The position numbers and the translations under genes were made by a program. From an uncultured Clostridia bacterium (GTDB lineage Bacteria > Bacillota > Clostridia > Oscillospirales > CAG-272): a DNA stretch of 64,000 nt. Positions 40,052 to 49,445 of this stretch are shown here, piece by piece; position 1 is the stretch's first letter, and the number at the start of each line of letters is the position of its first letter. The notes beneath the pieces were generated by a model. The model was given only the letters and a program-made list of their open reading frames with translations. It was not told the origin of the DNA and made no database searches. The DNA is taken from positions 67,307-131,306 of the forward strand of contig CALWJV010000016.1 in the NCBI GenBank assembly GCA_944381115.1. Reading direction: 5' to 3'.

Positions 40052-40573
40052 TTAATTGTTTATTATTTTTTTAATTGATCTGTTATCAGGAGTAGCAAGC
40101 AAAAAAACCGTATCTCCTTTTACATAAATTTCTGCCCCTACGTAATATTTTTCATAACTTTCGGGAGCGTAATCCTTGATCTCAGAATTTTGTAAACGGT
40201 CAATCCTCTTTTGTAAAAGTGACTTTACCTCGTCGATATCTGAAATATTTACACACCTCAGTATATGTATTTCAAATCCGCTGTCGTCAAGCGGTAAGCG
40301 AATTGCAAATTCTTTGATTTTTGAGGCACAGGATGGATCTTCCCATTTTCCGTTATATAATCTGCCCAAAGTCTGCATGTCACACTTAGTAAACCCCTGC
40401 TGTTCAGAATCGGAATATAAAACGGAAAATCCGTACTCATCTCCAAAATTTTCAGAAAGCTCTGTCAATAATGTATATATATTTTCAGGACTTTTTGCAC
40501 AACAGTTCAGAGAAAATAAAGTTAAAAAAACAAATAAAAAATAAAAAAGTCTCATTTTCATTTTCATATTCAC
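40052..40573 (-). CDS. secreted protein or probable lipoprotein, function unknown (possibly DUF4358-like)
   Basis: 173 aa. Hydrophobic signal sequence ending LFSLNCCAK. No catalytic motif recognised. The family assignment is from memory only. Confidence 0.55.
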   Translation of the reverse strand: MNMKMKMRLFYFLFVFLTLFSLNCCAKSPENIYTLLTELSENFGDEYGFSVLYSDSEQQGFTKCDMQTLGRLYNGKWEDPSCASKIKEFAIRLPLDDSGFEIHILRCVNISDIDEVKSLLQKRIDRLQNSEIKDYAPESYEKYYVGAEIYVKGDTVFLLATPDNRSIKKIINN

Positions 40574-40768
40574 CCTCTTTTTTTATTATTTTAAATTATA
40601 TTAAATTTATATTGATAAAATACCTTCAGGTATTTTTTATTTTTTCCCGGAAATACTTTTAATAAAGAAGATTTTTCGTTAGCTTCGTCTTTTAATATTT
40701 GATCTGTATGAATAAAAATGTTATAACGAAAAATATTAAAAAAAATTAAAATATGAAAGGAAAAATAA

Positions 40769-41005
40769 ATGAATAACGAATATTTTTCTCATGCTATACC
40801 TTCAAGCATTGACGGCAACGACATTCCTCTCGGTATGGGAATGGCTTTTGCACAAAATTTATCTGCTTTGACCGTTTTTGCATCTATGAGCAATGAGCAG
40901 CAAAATGAACTTATCAAAAAAGCCCACAGTATAGATTCATCCGAAGAAATGGAAGCCTTTGTAAATGGTATTTCCAATCGCGGTATAAGCGGAATCACGG
41001 GATAA
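40769..41005 (+). CDS. small hypothetical protein (78 aa)
   Basis: ORF preceded by SD-like gaaaggaaaaataaATG and followed by the terminator at 41103. No recognisable motif. Confidence 0.5.
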   Translation: MNNEYFSHAIPSSIDGNDIPLGMGMAFAQNLSALTVFASMSNEQQNELIKKAHSIDSSEEMEAFVNGISNRGISGITG

Positions 41006-41102
41006 ATTTATTGAAAAACTGTAATTTTTAGTGCCCTGCAATTTAAAATATAGGGTTATTTATAATATAGGCGATTCAAAAAATTTTGTTTCTTGGTAAA
41101 AT

Positions 41103-41134
41103 AAAAAAGCAGGTATACAAAAACCTGCTTTTTT
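41103..41134. terminator. bidirectional rho-independent terminator
   Basis: aaaaaagcaggt-atacaaaa-acctgctttttt between the 78-aa ORF and convergent rsmI. Confidence 0.8.
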
Positions 41135-41139
41135 ACATA

Positions 41140-42021
41140 TTATAAAAATTCTTTATAAATTTCACTTTTATGAACACCTCTGTCTTTGGCTGCAGCTTTG
41201 ATCGCATCATTTTTCTGCATACCGTTTTTCATGTAAAATTCAACATGTTGGACAGGAGTGAGGGAAAACCAAAAATTCTCTTCTTCCTTTTTACCTTCAA
41301 CAACCAATACATATTCGCCCCTTGGAATATTGTTATTATAATATTCAATCGCTTCGCAAATAGTCGTTCTTATAACTTCTTCATTTAATTTTGTGAGTTC
41401 TCTGCAAAGAGTAATTTTTCTGTCACCGAAGAATTTGTAAAGATCGTTGAGAGTGGATATAAGGTGATGCGGTGCCTCATAAAATATAAGTGTGCGTTTT
41501 TCCGTTGAAAGTTCGGCAAGCCTTTCTTTTCTTTCGCTCCGCGCGCCGCTTATAAAGCCTTCAAATGCAAAACGCCCGGTGAAAAGTCCGGACAGTGCAA
41601 GTGCAGCAACAGCCGCACATGCTCCGGGAATAAAAGTTACCTTAATATTTTTTTCCGCACATAGTCTCACAAGATCTTCACCGGGGTCACTTATCGCAGG
41701 AGTCCCTGCATCGGTAACAAGAGCACATGATTCACCTGCAAGAAGCCTTTTACATATCTCTTCTCCGCGCTCCGTTCTGTTATGTTGATAATAACTTACC
41801 ATTGGCTTCGAAACACCTATATATGATAAAAGTTTTGCAGTATTTCTTGTATCTTCAGCCGCTATGAAACTAACCTCTGAAAGTACCTTTATCGCTCTTC
41901 CTGATAGATCTAAGAGGTTTCCTATAGGTGTGGCAACCAAATAAAGTACTCCGTCTTCTGTCCTGTTTTTTTCTCTCCCGACAGGGTCAAACATGGCATT
42001 TCGTTCTCTTGCTCCGCTCAT
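41140..42021 (-). CDS. rsmI: 16S rRNA (cytidine1402-2'-O)-methyltransferase
   Basis: Tetrapyrrole-methylase fold with LYLVATPIGNLLD and AEDTR motifs. Occupies the yabC position in the holB-yaaT-yabB-yabC block. Confidence 0.9.
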   Translation of the reverse strand: MSGARERNAMFDPVGREKNRTEDGVLYLVATPIGNLLDLSGRAIKVLSEVSFIAAEDTRNTAKLLSYIGVSKPMVSYYQHNRTERGEEICKRLLAGESCALVTDAGTPAISDPGEDLVRLCAEKNIKVTFIPGACAAVAALALSGLFTGRFAFEGFISGARSERKERLAELSTEKRTLIFYEAPHHLISTLNDLYKFFGDRKITLCRELTKLNEEVIRTTICEAIEYYNNNIPRGEYVLVVEGKKEEENFWFSLTPVQHVEFYMKNGMQKNDAIKAAAKDRGVHKSEIYKEFL

Positions 42022-42125
42022 AACTATCGTCTCCGTTTTATTTTTATTAACGTATACACTTCCGGATTAAACTACGATTTTTCTATTTGCCGTTTAAACT
42101 TAGGCAATTCCGGTGCGTCCAACGG

Positions 42126-42323
42126 TTACTGAATACCACCCTCGATTACCTCTTTTATATTACGCTCAAGTTTCAGTCTTTCGACCGTAATATCCCTTTG
42201 GCAATTTTCACAAATTATACGCACGTCGCTTCCAGTCCTAATGACTTTAAATTTATTTCCTCCGCATGGGTGCGGTTTTCTCATAACCAGCGTATCACCG
42301 ACGGAAAATTTTACTATCTTCAT
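42126..42323 (-). CDS. DUF951 family protein
   Basis: 65 aa. GDTLVMRKPHPCGGNKFKVIRTGSDVRIICENC pattern is typical of DUF951. Confidence 0.75.
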   Translation of the reverse strand: MKIVKFSVGDTLVMRKPHPCGGNKFKVIRTGSDVRIICENCQRDITVERLKLERNIKEVIEGGIQ

Positions 42324-42427
42324 AATTTTATAAATTACTCTCTTATAAATTAATTAAAACAAAATCAATCGCATGGTTTCACAAATAACTAAACTCAAAA
42401 ATCACCACTCTAAAATACAAATAATAT

Positions 42428-43168
42428 TTATCTCTCAAAAAACTTTTTCGGAAAAATTCCGTTTTTATAGATATAAGCAATATCCTGCGTCTCAATGCCG
42501 TTTTCATCGGTCATAAACAGGTTAGGTGTGAGATAAAGCGATTCCTTACCTCCCCTGATTGCCTCTGTAAGCACAGATGATGGTTCGTGATTTTTGTCCA
42601 CTGCAACAAATGTCATTCTTTTTACTGCGAAGCCACTCTTGGAAAACGCATTCATAAGTGTTTCAAGTCTGTCCGGCCGATAGACAACATACAGTTTTCC
42701 TCCGGTCTTAAGAACTTTTCCTGAAAACGAAATAAAATCCTCAGCACCGCCGAATACCTCGTGTCTTGCCGTCTGCTTGGAAAACTTGGGACTTTCTTTT
42801 CCGTCTCCGTTTTTCATATAAGGCGGGTTTGTAAAAATAACCGATACACCGGTCAGTTCTGAAGGAATCATAGTCCTGATATCTGCGCACATCGGAATAA
42901 CGGTTTCTGAAAGTCCGTTCACCTCTGCATTGGTTTTACAAAGCGATACGAGTTCCGCTTGTATCTCTACCGCCTTTATACTTTTAAAAGCACCTCTGTT
43001 TGCCAAAAGCAAAGAAACAATACCGCTGCCTGCACCGAATTCTGCTGCATCTGCTGACGGATTATTTCTTACATACGCAGAAAGAAGGAGGGCATCTGTT
43101 CCAAAAAGTTGTGTTTCTTTACTTTCGGTTATTTTGATCCCATCTATTTCTGTATTTTTGATTTTCAA
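42428..43168 (-). CDS. SAM-dependent N6-adenine methyltransferase (YabB/TrmN6-like)
   Basis: SAM motif EFGAGSGIVS and catalytic NPPY (IFTNPPYM). The ORF-track N-terminus (to 43246) runs through the ferredoxin terminator, so the start is moved to the TTG at 43168, preceded by gagga at 7 nt. Confidence 0.8.
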   Translation of the reverse strand: MKIKNTEIDGIKITESKETQLFGTDALLLSAYVRNNPSADAAEFGAGSGIVSLLLANRGAFKSIKAVEIQAELVSLCKTNAEVNGLSETVIPMCADIRTMIPSELTGVSVIFTNPPYMKNGDGKESPKFSKQTARHEVFGGAEDFISFSGKVLKTGGKLYVVYRPDRLETLMNAFSKSGFAVKRMTFVAVDKNHEPSSVLTEAIRGGKESLYLTPNLFMTDENGIETQDIAYIYKNGIFPKKFFER

Positions 43169-43210
43169 ATATATATCCTCATTTTTAAATTTATTATAGA
43201 ATGTCGCTGA

Positions 43211-43249
43211 AAAAATTTTTGGTGCGAAGCCTTGGCGTCGCACCAAAAA
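43211..43249 (-). terminator. rho-independent terminator of the ferredoxin gene
   Basis: Stem ggtgcga/tcgcacc, extended by A/T pairs, with a U-tract on the minus-strand transcript. Confidence 0.7.
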
Positions 43250-43267
43250 TCAATTTTGAAACATAGA

Positions 43268-43441
43268 TTATTCAGCAGCGATTGCTTCTACAGGGCATGC
43301 TCCTTCACAAGCGCCGCAGTCGATGCACTCATCGGCATTAACTGCATATTTTCCGTCTTTTTCGGAAATGCAACTTACAGGACACTCTTCAGAGCAAGCG
43401 CCGCAACCCAAACACTTTTCAGCGTCAATTTTATGTGCCAT
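43268..43441 (-). CDS. fdx: 2x[4Fe-4S] ferredoxin (57 aa)
   Basis: Not in the ORF track (<60 aa). MAHKIDAEKCLGCGACSEECPVSCISEKDGKYAVNADECIDCGACEGACPVEAIAAE has two CxxCxxCxxxCP motifs. SD ggagg lies 9 nt upstream. Confidence 0.88.
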   Translation of the reverse strand: MAHKIDAEKCLGCGACSEECPVSCISEKDGKYAVNADECIDCGACEGACPVEAIAAE

Positions 43442-43741
43442 TTAAATTTACCTCCGTATATGTTATGTTATTTAATTATATCATAAAGAAATTTGAATCA
43501 GCCTTTATTAAGGTTAAAAGTTTCCTGAGAATATTTGACATATTCCGATATTCCTTATGTTATACACAAGTATTATATCACATTTATTTCTTTTTTTCAA
43601 GTACTTTTTTTGTTTTTCTGCAAAAATTAAACATTTACCTTCTTGGAAATTTTTTCTGTTAAAAACACTCCGCTTTTATATAAAAGCAGATATGTTATTA
43701 ATTATTAAAAATATTGACTAAAGTTTTATATATTTTCTGCT

Positions 43742-45295
43742 TTACTGACCGTTGTTACTGTTTTGACCGTTATTGAACCTTTTATGATAAGACTTAAAGT
43801 GTTTCTTTTTATTACCGCTTTGACTGGTTTGATTTCCCTCTTTTTTATGTCCGGTTTGAATACGGGATTTGTTTTGATCATCATGTTTTTCGCGGTTTTC
43901 ACCAAAATCAGATTTTTGCTGAGCATTTTTATATTGATTCTGATTTTTTACTTGTTCCTGACCTTTGGTATGACCTTGATTTTGGCTCATGCTGTCATCG
44001 TTGCTCTTATATTGCTCTTGATTTGCGTTTTTACTCTGGCCATGGTTTTGACCACGGTTATGGTTTTTATGCTTCTTACGGTTTTTGACATTGCCTTTGC
44101 TGCCGGATTCCTCCTCTGCCGCTTTTTCTGCAGTTTCATTTTTTTGCTGCAATGTCTGTTTTTCATTTTGAGGCATCGTTTCCGGCTTTTCTTCATTTTT
44201 TTTCTTTGCTTTTACTTTTTTAGTGTCAGTAACTGCAGACTCTTCATTTGAAAATTCACTTGCGAACGATGCAAAAACATCTTCCTCTTCCTTTTCTTTG
44301 CCACGCTTTGGAATTTCAGTCTTGGTTAGGGGTTCACCTTTATATTCGTCTTCTTTTATAACATCTTCTCGGACATAAACTATTTGTTCTGAATCATCCG
44401 ATCTACCGTCCAGCTTAACCTTAACTATTCCGGCAAGCGGATCGGACTCTGTAACTTCTCCGGGTCCGTCCGGAGTAACGACTCGAACCCCTGCCTTTGG
44501 CGTAAGTGCTTTTTCTGCGACATATGTCTCATATTCATAGCGCAAACAACACATAAGTTTTCCGCATGCACCAGAAATTTTTGCTGAATTAAGGGAAATA
44601 TTCTGTTCCTTTGCCATTTTAACAGATACCTGAACAAAATCTGTAAGAAATGCTGAACAGCAGAACGGTCTTCCGCAAACACCAAGTCCCCCAAGCATTT
44701 TTGCTTCATCCCTTATACCTATTTGACGCATTTCAATTCGTGTATGAAAAATTCTGGCAAGCGAATTTACAATCTCTCTGAAATCAACTCTTTCTTCTGC
44801 AGAAAAGTAGAAAAGAAGTTTGCTTCTGTCAAATGCGTATTCGACATCAACAAGTTTCATTTTCGGATTGAATTCATCAATAAGTGCTATACATGCATTA
44901 TATGCCTCAATTTCTTTTTTCACGTTTTCCGAATGAATTTTGGTATCCTCTTCATTTGCTATTCTGATAACGCGCCTTAACGGCGTCACTATTTCAGTAT
45001 TTTTTACCGAGCGATTTGCAACAGATATATATCCGTATTCAATACCCCTTGATGTATCCACTACTACTCTGTCATCAACTTTAAGTTTAAACCCTTTCGG
45101 ATCAAAATAATATGTTTTTCCTTCTTTTTTAAATCGGACTCCTACTATTTCGGTATTTTCCGGAAAATTTTCAGTCTGTTTGGGCTCAGATCCGTCAGTA
45201 TCGGAGTCCATAGCCTGAACATCTTTATCTTCCGAACTGTCTACACTATTATTTTTCTCCGGATTTTGAATATTTTTGTCCATATTTTTCTCCAT
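43742..45295 (-). CDS. ricT: PSP1-domain protein RicT/YaaT with long terminal extensions
   Basis: The core (about aa 51-316) matches YaaT: VGVRFKKEGKTYYFDP, RIEMRQIGIRDEAKMLGG, Cys clusters CGRPFCC and CGKLMCCLRYE. An alternative start is the ATG at 45283, with GGAG 6 nt upstream. Confidence 0.88.
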   Translation of the reverse strand: MEKNMDKNIQNPEKNNSVDSSEDKDVQAMDSDTDGSEPKQTENFPENTEIVGVRFKKEGKTYYFDPKGFKLKVDDRVVVDTSRGIEYGYISVANRSVKNTEIVTPLRRVIRIANEEDTKIHSENVKKEIEAYNACIALIDEFNPKMKLVDVEYAFDRSKLLFYFSAEERVDFREIVNSLARIFHTRIEMRQIGIRDEAKMLGGLGVCGRPFCCSAFLTDFVQVSVKMAKEQNISLNSAKISGACGKLMCCLRYEYETYVAEKALTPKAGVRVVTPDGPGEVTESDPLAGIVKVKLDGRSDDSEQIVYVREDVIKEDEYKGEPLTKTEIPKRGKEKEEEDVFASFASEFSNEESAVTDTKKVKAKKKNEEKPETMPQNEKQTLQQKNETAEKAAEEESGSKGNVKNRKKHKNHNRGQNHGQSKNANQEQYKSNDDSMSQNQGHTKGQEQVKNQNQYKNAQQKSDFGENREKHDDQNKSRIQTGHKKEGNQTSQSGNKKKHFKSYHKRFNNGQNSNNGQ

Positions 45296-45378
45296 TTTAA
45301 AATTACCTGAATGTATTAAATATACTTATACCTTATCAATTATATCGTATTATATTTTATCAATATTTTTATTTCAAC

Positions 45379-46377
45379 TTATTTCAACGCATCAGTCAAC
45401 GCATCTGAACTCTTCACTGCAAAAAGTTGAACATTTACATTCGTTTCATTAAACGTCTGCATCAATTCTTCAGCGACATGGTATAAATTCATAATCGTGC
45501 TCTTAGCAAATGAAGCCGAAAAGTCTTCCGCTTTTTGAATACTTGAAAAATAGATCGGTTCTGTTTTTATACCGTATTTTACCGTAAGCATATCACGTAA
45601 CGCACTGCATAAATTAAGCATTATCAGAGCAAATTCTTCTCTACCGATTTTAAGCACACTGAAAAAACAAAGTATGCTTGTAGCGTTTCCCTCTGCAAGA
45701 AGTTTTATAAGTTCGTCTGTTTTTTCCTTCACGTTGTATACATAATCATCCGCCTGGACAAGCATCTTTTCTGCTTCTCCTATCGTACCCGCAGAAGATC
45801 TGATAATAAGTGAAAACCCCTCAATATCCTTTTTATAGAGGTTACGTGCTCTTTCATTATTTTCTAAAAGAAAATTTGAAAGCGTTTCATTGTCAAACAT
45901 TTCCATTCTTAGTATGGGCGCTCTTGATCGCACAGTAGAAAGAAGCGCAGAAGCATTATCGCATAAAAGTAAAAAATAAACATTTGCAGGAGGTTCTTCA
46001 AATATTTTCAAAAGAGCGTTTTGTGCTTCCGGAGTCATCGTCTCTGCTTTATCAATTATAAATGCTCTGAATGAAAGTTCCTGTGGTATCAGGTACGCCT
46101 GATAACGTATGTCACGTACGGCAGAAATTCCTATTGTTTTTTTTCCGTCTGCAACTGTGTAAAGCGTAACATCGGGTGAGCCGAAACTCAGTATCTTATC
46201 TTTAAATGACGGATCCATTGCTGTCAAAGCAAGAAGCGCTGCTGTTTTTTTTCCGCTACCCTCCGGTCCCTCAAAAATCAGCGCGTGCGGGAGTTTTTTT
46301 TCAGTTATGCTGTTAAAAATATAATTTTTTAACTGTTCATTTCCGTACAAATTTTTAAAAACCGTTTCCGCATTCAT
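45379..46377 (-). CDS. holB: DNA polymerase III subunit delta'
   Basis: AAA+ fold with degenerate P-loop GPEGSGKKT and KIFEEPP motif. Lies upstream of ricT as in Bacillus. Confidence 0.85.
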   Translation of the reverse strand: MNAETVFKNLYGNEQLKNYIFNSITEKKLPHALIFEGPEGSGKKTAALLALTAMDPSFKDKILSFGSPDVTLYTVADGKKTIGISAVRDIRYQAYLIPQELSFRAFIIDKAETMTPEAQNALLKIFEEPPANVYFLLLCDNASALLSTVRSRAPILRMEMFDNETLSNFLLENNERARNLYKKDIEGFSLIIRSSAGTIGEAEKMLVQADDYVYNVKEKTDELIKLLAEGNATSILCFFSVLKIGREEFALIMLNLCSALRDMLTVKYGIKTEPIYFSSIQKAEDFSASFAKSTIMNLYHVAEELMQTFNETNVNVQLFAVKSSDALTDALK

Positions 46378-46686
46378 TTCAGTCCCTCTCGCTTTTCAAA
46401 AAGTTTTACAAAAAACTTCTTTAGCGGCCTTGCCAGATCCACACAACATTAAAATTTACTTGTCTGCAAATTTGCTTTAAACCTTCAAAATAATTATAAC
46501 AGAAAAAATATACTTTGTCAAATGTATTTTGTAAAGACTTTTGATCTGTGACAAAAAATAATTTAAAAACATATTTTAATAATAACCGCCGCTTTTTGCG
46601 GCGTAGGTCAAAATTTATTTAAAACAATATCAAGCAATATTTAGCCGGCAGGTATCATAACCGCGGCTGTTAGTTTATTATCTTTA

Positions 46687-46938
46687 ATGAGGAATCTATA
46701 TACCGTGTTAAGTCTTGACAAAACAACAGAAAACACATTTTATAAAGTTGAAAATATTGCTCTTCCGACAGCTATTCTCAACAGATTTGAGGAACTTGGT
46801 CTCATAAAAGGAACGAGGGTCCGGCGTGTATTGACTGCACCCAGCGGTGATCCTGCGGCATATATGGTGCGGGGAGCGCAAATAGCCATAAGAAACGAAT
46901 ACGCAAAAGGTATTACAGTTAGTGAATGTATTCCGTAA
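46687..46938 (+). CDS. feoA: FeoA family iron transport protein
   Basis: SH3-like FeoA pattern (LGLIKGTRVRRV...GDPAAYMVRGAQIAIR), upstream of feoB. The GTG at 46705, 11 nt after gagga, may be the real start. Confidence 0.8.
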   Translation: MRNLYTVLSLDKTTENTFYKVENIALPTAILNRFEELGLIKGTRVRRVLTAPSGDPAAYMVRGAQIAIRNEYAKGITVSECIP

Positions 46939-47089
46939 TATTTGAAATTTACCCGTTATCTCTTGCAGTAAACAAAAACCGCTTTTTGATACCAAAACAA
47001 ATGTTCTGCAAACGTCGCTCCGAAAAATAATAAATAAAAATTATTACAATAAAACGTCATTCAAAAAACTAAAAGGTAAAGACATAGAC

Positions 47090-49210
47090 ATGACTGAAAA
47101 AAAGAAAACTTCATATACCGTTGCCCTGACAGGGAATCCTAATGTTGGAAAAAGCACAGTCTTCAACGCCTTGACCGGAATGAGGCAGCATACTGGAAAC
47201 TGGGCAGGAAAGACCGTAGGCTGTGCGTATGGTAATTTTGTTTACAAAGATACCTTTTTTACCGTTGTTGACCTCCCCGGCTGTTATTCTGCCGGTGCCA
47301 ACACAGGAGAGGAAAAAGCCGCATCCGAATTTTTGGCCTTCGGAAACTCCGATACTGCGATAACAGTCTGCGATTCAACCTGCCTTGAACGCAGTCTTAT
47401 ACTTGCTTTTCAAGTTGCGGAAATGAGTAAAAATTCAATAATATGCGTAAATCTTCTTGATGAAGCGGAAAAAAAAGGAATAAAAACCAATCTTGAAAAA
47501 TTAAGTAATATGACCGGGCTTACGGTTGTAGGAACATCGGCAAAGAGCGGGCGCGGGCTCAATGAACTTCGTTCATCAATCTTTGATAAGTGTACAGAAA
47601 GAGACGATACCCTTTCCATAAATACCGATAAAACCATTCAAACAGCCGATACTAAAAAATGCTTTTGCATAAACTACGGGGAAAAAATAAACTCTGCCCT
47701 GGATAATATTGAAAACCTTGTGGATGTATACGCAAAAAAAACCGGTATGAAAAAAAGATACCTGTCTCTTGAGTTGCTTAAAGAAAACGCATTTACAATC
47801 AGCGCCCTGCGTGAAAGCGGATATGATATTTTTGCCGACACCGTTCTTTGCGAAACATTGGAAAACGAACGGAAAAGAATAGGTCTTACCGCAGAAGACA
47901 TTCGTGAAAGTGCTTTCAGATCTATTATCCGATTTGCAGAATACACAGCATCACAGTGTGTAACTTTTTCAAAGGAAACGTCATATACAAAAAGATGTCG
48001 GAAAATAGATAAAATAGTGACCGGAAAGTACACTGCTTTTCCGATCATGGCTCTTTTGCTTGCTCTGATACTTTGGATAACCATAGAAGGAGCAAATTAT
48101 CCGTCCGCTTTTTTGTCCCACCATCTTTTTAAATTGCAGGATATCATGTACGAAGGAATGCTTTCGGCAGGTGTACCCGAATGGATATGCGGTGCTCTGA
48201 TAATGGGGGTATACCGTGTGCTTGCATGGGTCATCTCGGTAATGTTACCTCCTATGGCGATCTTTTTTCCTCTTTTTACACTTTTGGAGGACCTAGGATA
48301 TCTTCCGAGAATAGCATTCAATCTTGACAGTGCATTTAAAAAATGTAATGCTTGCGGAAAACAGGCTCTGACAATGTGTATGGGATTCGGATGCAATGCT
48401 GTCGGAGTTACCGGGTGCCGTATCATCGATTCAAAGAGAGAACGTATCGTTGCAATAATAACAAATGTTTTTGTTCCTTGTAACGGCCGTTTTCCTACAC
48501 TTATTACCATTATAACTATGTTCTTTGTTATTGGAAACGGCATTTTTCACAGCGTTCTGTCCGCCCTTTTCCTGACACTTGTAATTTGCTTCGGAATACT
48601 GATGACCTTTCTTGTTTCTTATCTTCTCTCAAAGACACTCCTGAAAGGAATACCGTCATCTTTCACTTTAGAACTTCCGCCATACCGAACCCCGAATGTT
48701 ATTTCCGTTCTGCTTCGCTCCGCACTTGACAGAACGCTGTTTGTTCTCGGGCGTGCTATTATGATATCAGCCCCGGCAGGACTTATTATTTGGATACTCG
48801 CCAACTTTTATGTTGGGGATAGTTCACTGTTGTTTATAATATCCGATTTTATTTCTCCGTTCGCAGGACTTATGGGCCTTGACGGTGTGATCCTGCTTGC
48901 ATTTATACTCGGATTCCCCGCAAACGAAATTGTGTTACCAATAGCAATAATGGCATATACACAGTCATCTGCTGTAACAGAACTTTCCGGTACGGTTCTT
49001 CAGTCTTTGCTGATTTCAAACGGATGGAATACCGAAAGAGCAATTTCTGTTATGATATTCTGTCTCTGTCATTTCCCTTGCTCGACAACACTTATGACTA
49101 TTTTTAAAGAAACAAGATCAAGGTTTGTAACATTTCTTTCGGCGCTTATCCCGACAGTTATCGGAATTATTCTCTGCATATTAAATCACCTCATCTTTAA
49201 ATTAATATAA
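47090..49210 (+). CDS. feoB: ferrous iron transporter FeoB
   Basis: N-terminal G domain GNPNVGKST, DLPG, followed by a polytopic permease. Confidence 0.93.
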   Translation: MTEKKKTSYTVALTGNPNVGKSTVFNALTGMRQHTGNWAGKTVGCAYGNFVYKDTFFTVVDLPGCYSAGANTGEEKAASEFLAFGNSDTAITVCDSTCLERSLILAFQVAEMSKNSIICVNLLDEAEKKGIKTNLEKLSNMTGLTVVGTSAKSGRGLNELRSSIFDKCTERDDTLSINTDKTIQTADTKKCFCINYGEKINSALDNIENLVDVYAKKTGMKKRYLSLELLKENAFTISALRESGYDIFADTVLCETLENERKRIGLTAEDIRESAFRSIIRFAEYTASQCVTFSKETSYTKRCRKIDKIVTGKYTAFPIMALLLALILWITIEGANYPSAFLSHHLFKLQDIMYEGMLSAGVPEWICGALIMGVYRVLAWVISVMLPPMAIFFPLFTLLEDLGYLPRIAFNLDSAFKKCNACGKQALTMCMGFGCNAVGVTGCRIIDSKRERIVAIITNVFVPCNGRFPTLITIITMFFVIGNGIFHSVLSALFLTLVICFGILMTFLVSYLLSKTLLKGIPSSFTLELPPYRTPNVISVLLRSALDRTLFVLGRAIMISAPAGLIIWILANFYVGDSSLLFIISDFISPFAGLMGLDGVILLAFILGFPANEIVLPIAIMAYTQSSAVTELSGTVLQSLLISNGWNTERAISVMIFCLCHFPCSTTLMTIFKETRSRFVTFLSALIPTVIGIILCILNHLIFKLI

Positions 49211-49373
49211 ATCAGGAATCGTATGGCGTGACTTTATGTAAAAATCTTTCAGAAATCTTATTACCGAAAGGTATTTTGAATAATAAATAACTACGCGGAT
49301 TTTTTTTTAAATGTATATATCAATCCGCTATTTTCGGTAACGGTTTTATTTCAGGATACAGATAAACACTGAA

Positions 49374-49418
49374 AAACAAACGGGCATGCTTTTGCATGCC
49401 CGCATGCCCGTTTGTTTT
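49374..49418. terminator. bidirectional terminator with duplicated arm
   Basis: cgggcatgc-tttt-gcatgcccg, followed by a second copy catgcccg and tttgtttt. The A-rich left flank aaacaaa can pair with the right flank. Sits between convergent feoB and argF. Confidence 0.75.
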
Positions 49419-49445
49419 GCGGTTTCATATAAATATGGTAAAAAT

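Noticed and set aside
46440-46686. Fur box upstream of feoAB.
   Set aside because: The best candidates (aataattataac, tttaataataacc) match only fragments of the 7-1-7 TGATAAT-N-ATTATCA consensus, which cannot be told apart from the AT-rich background.
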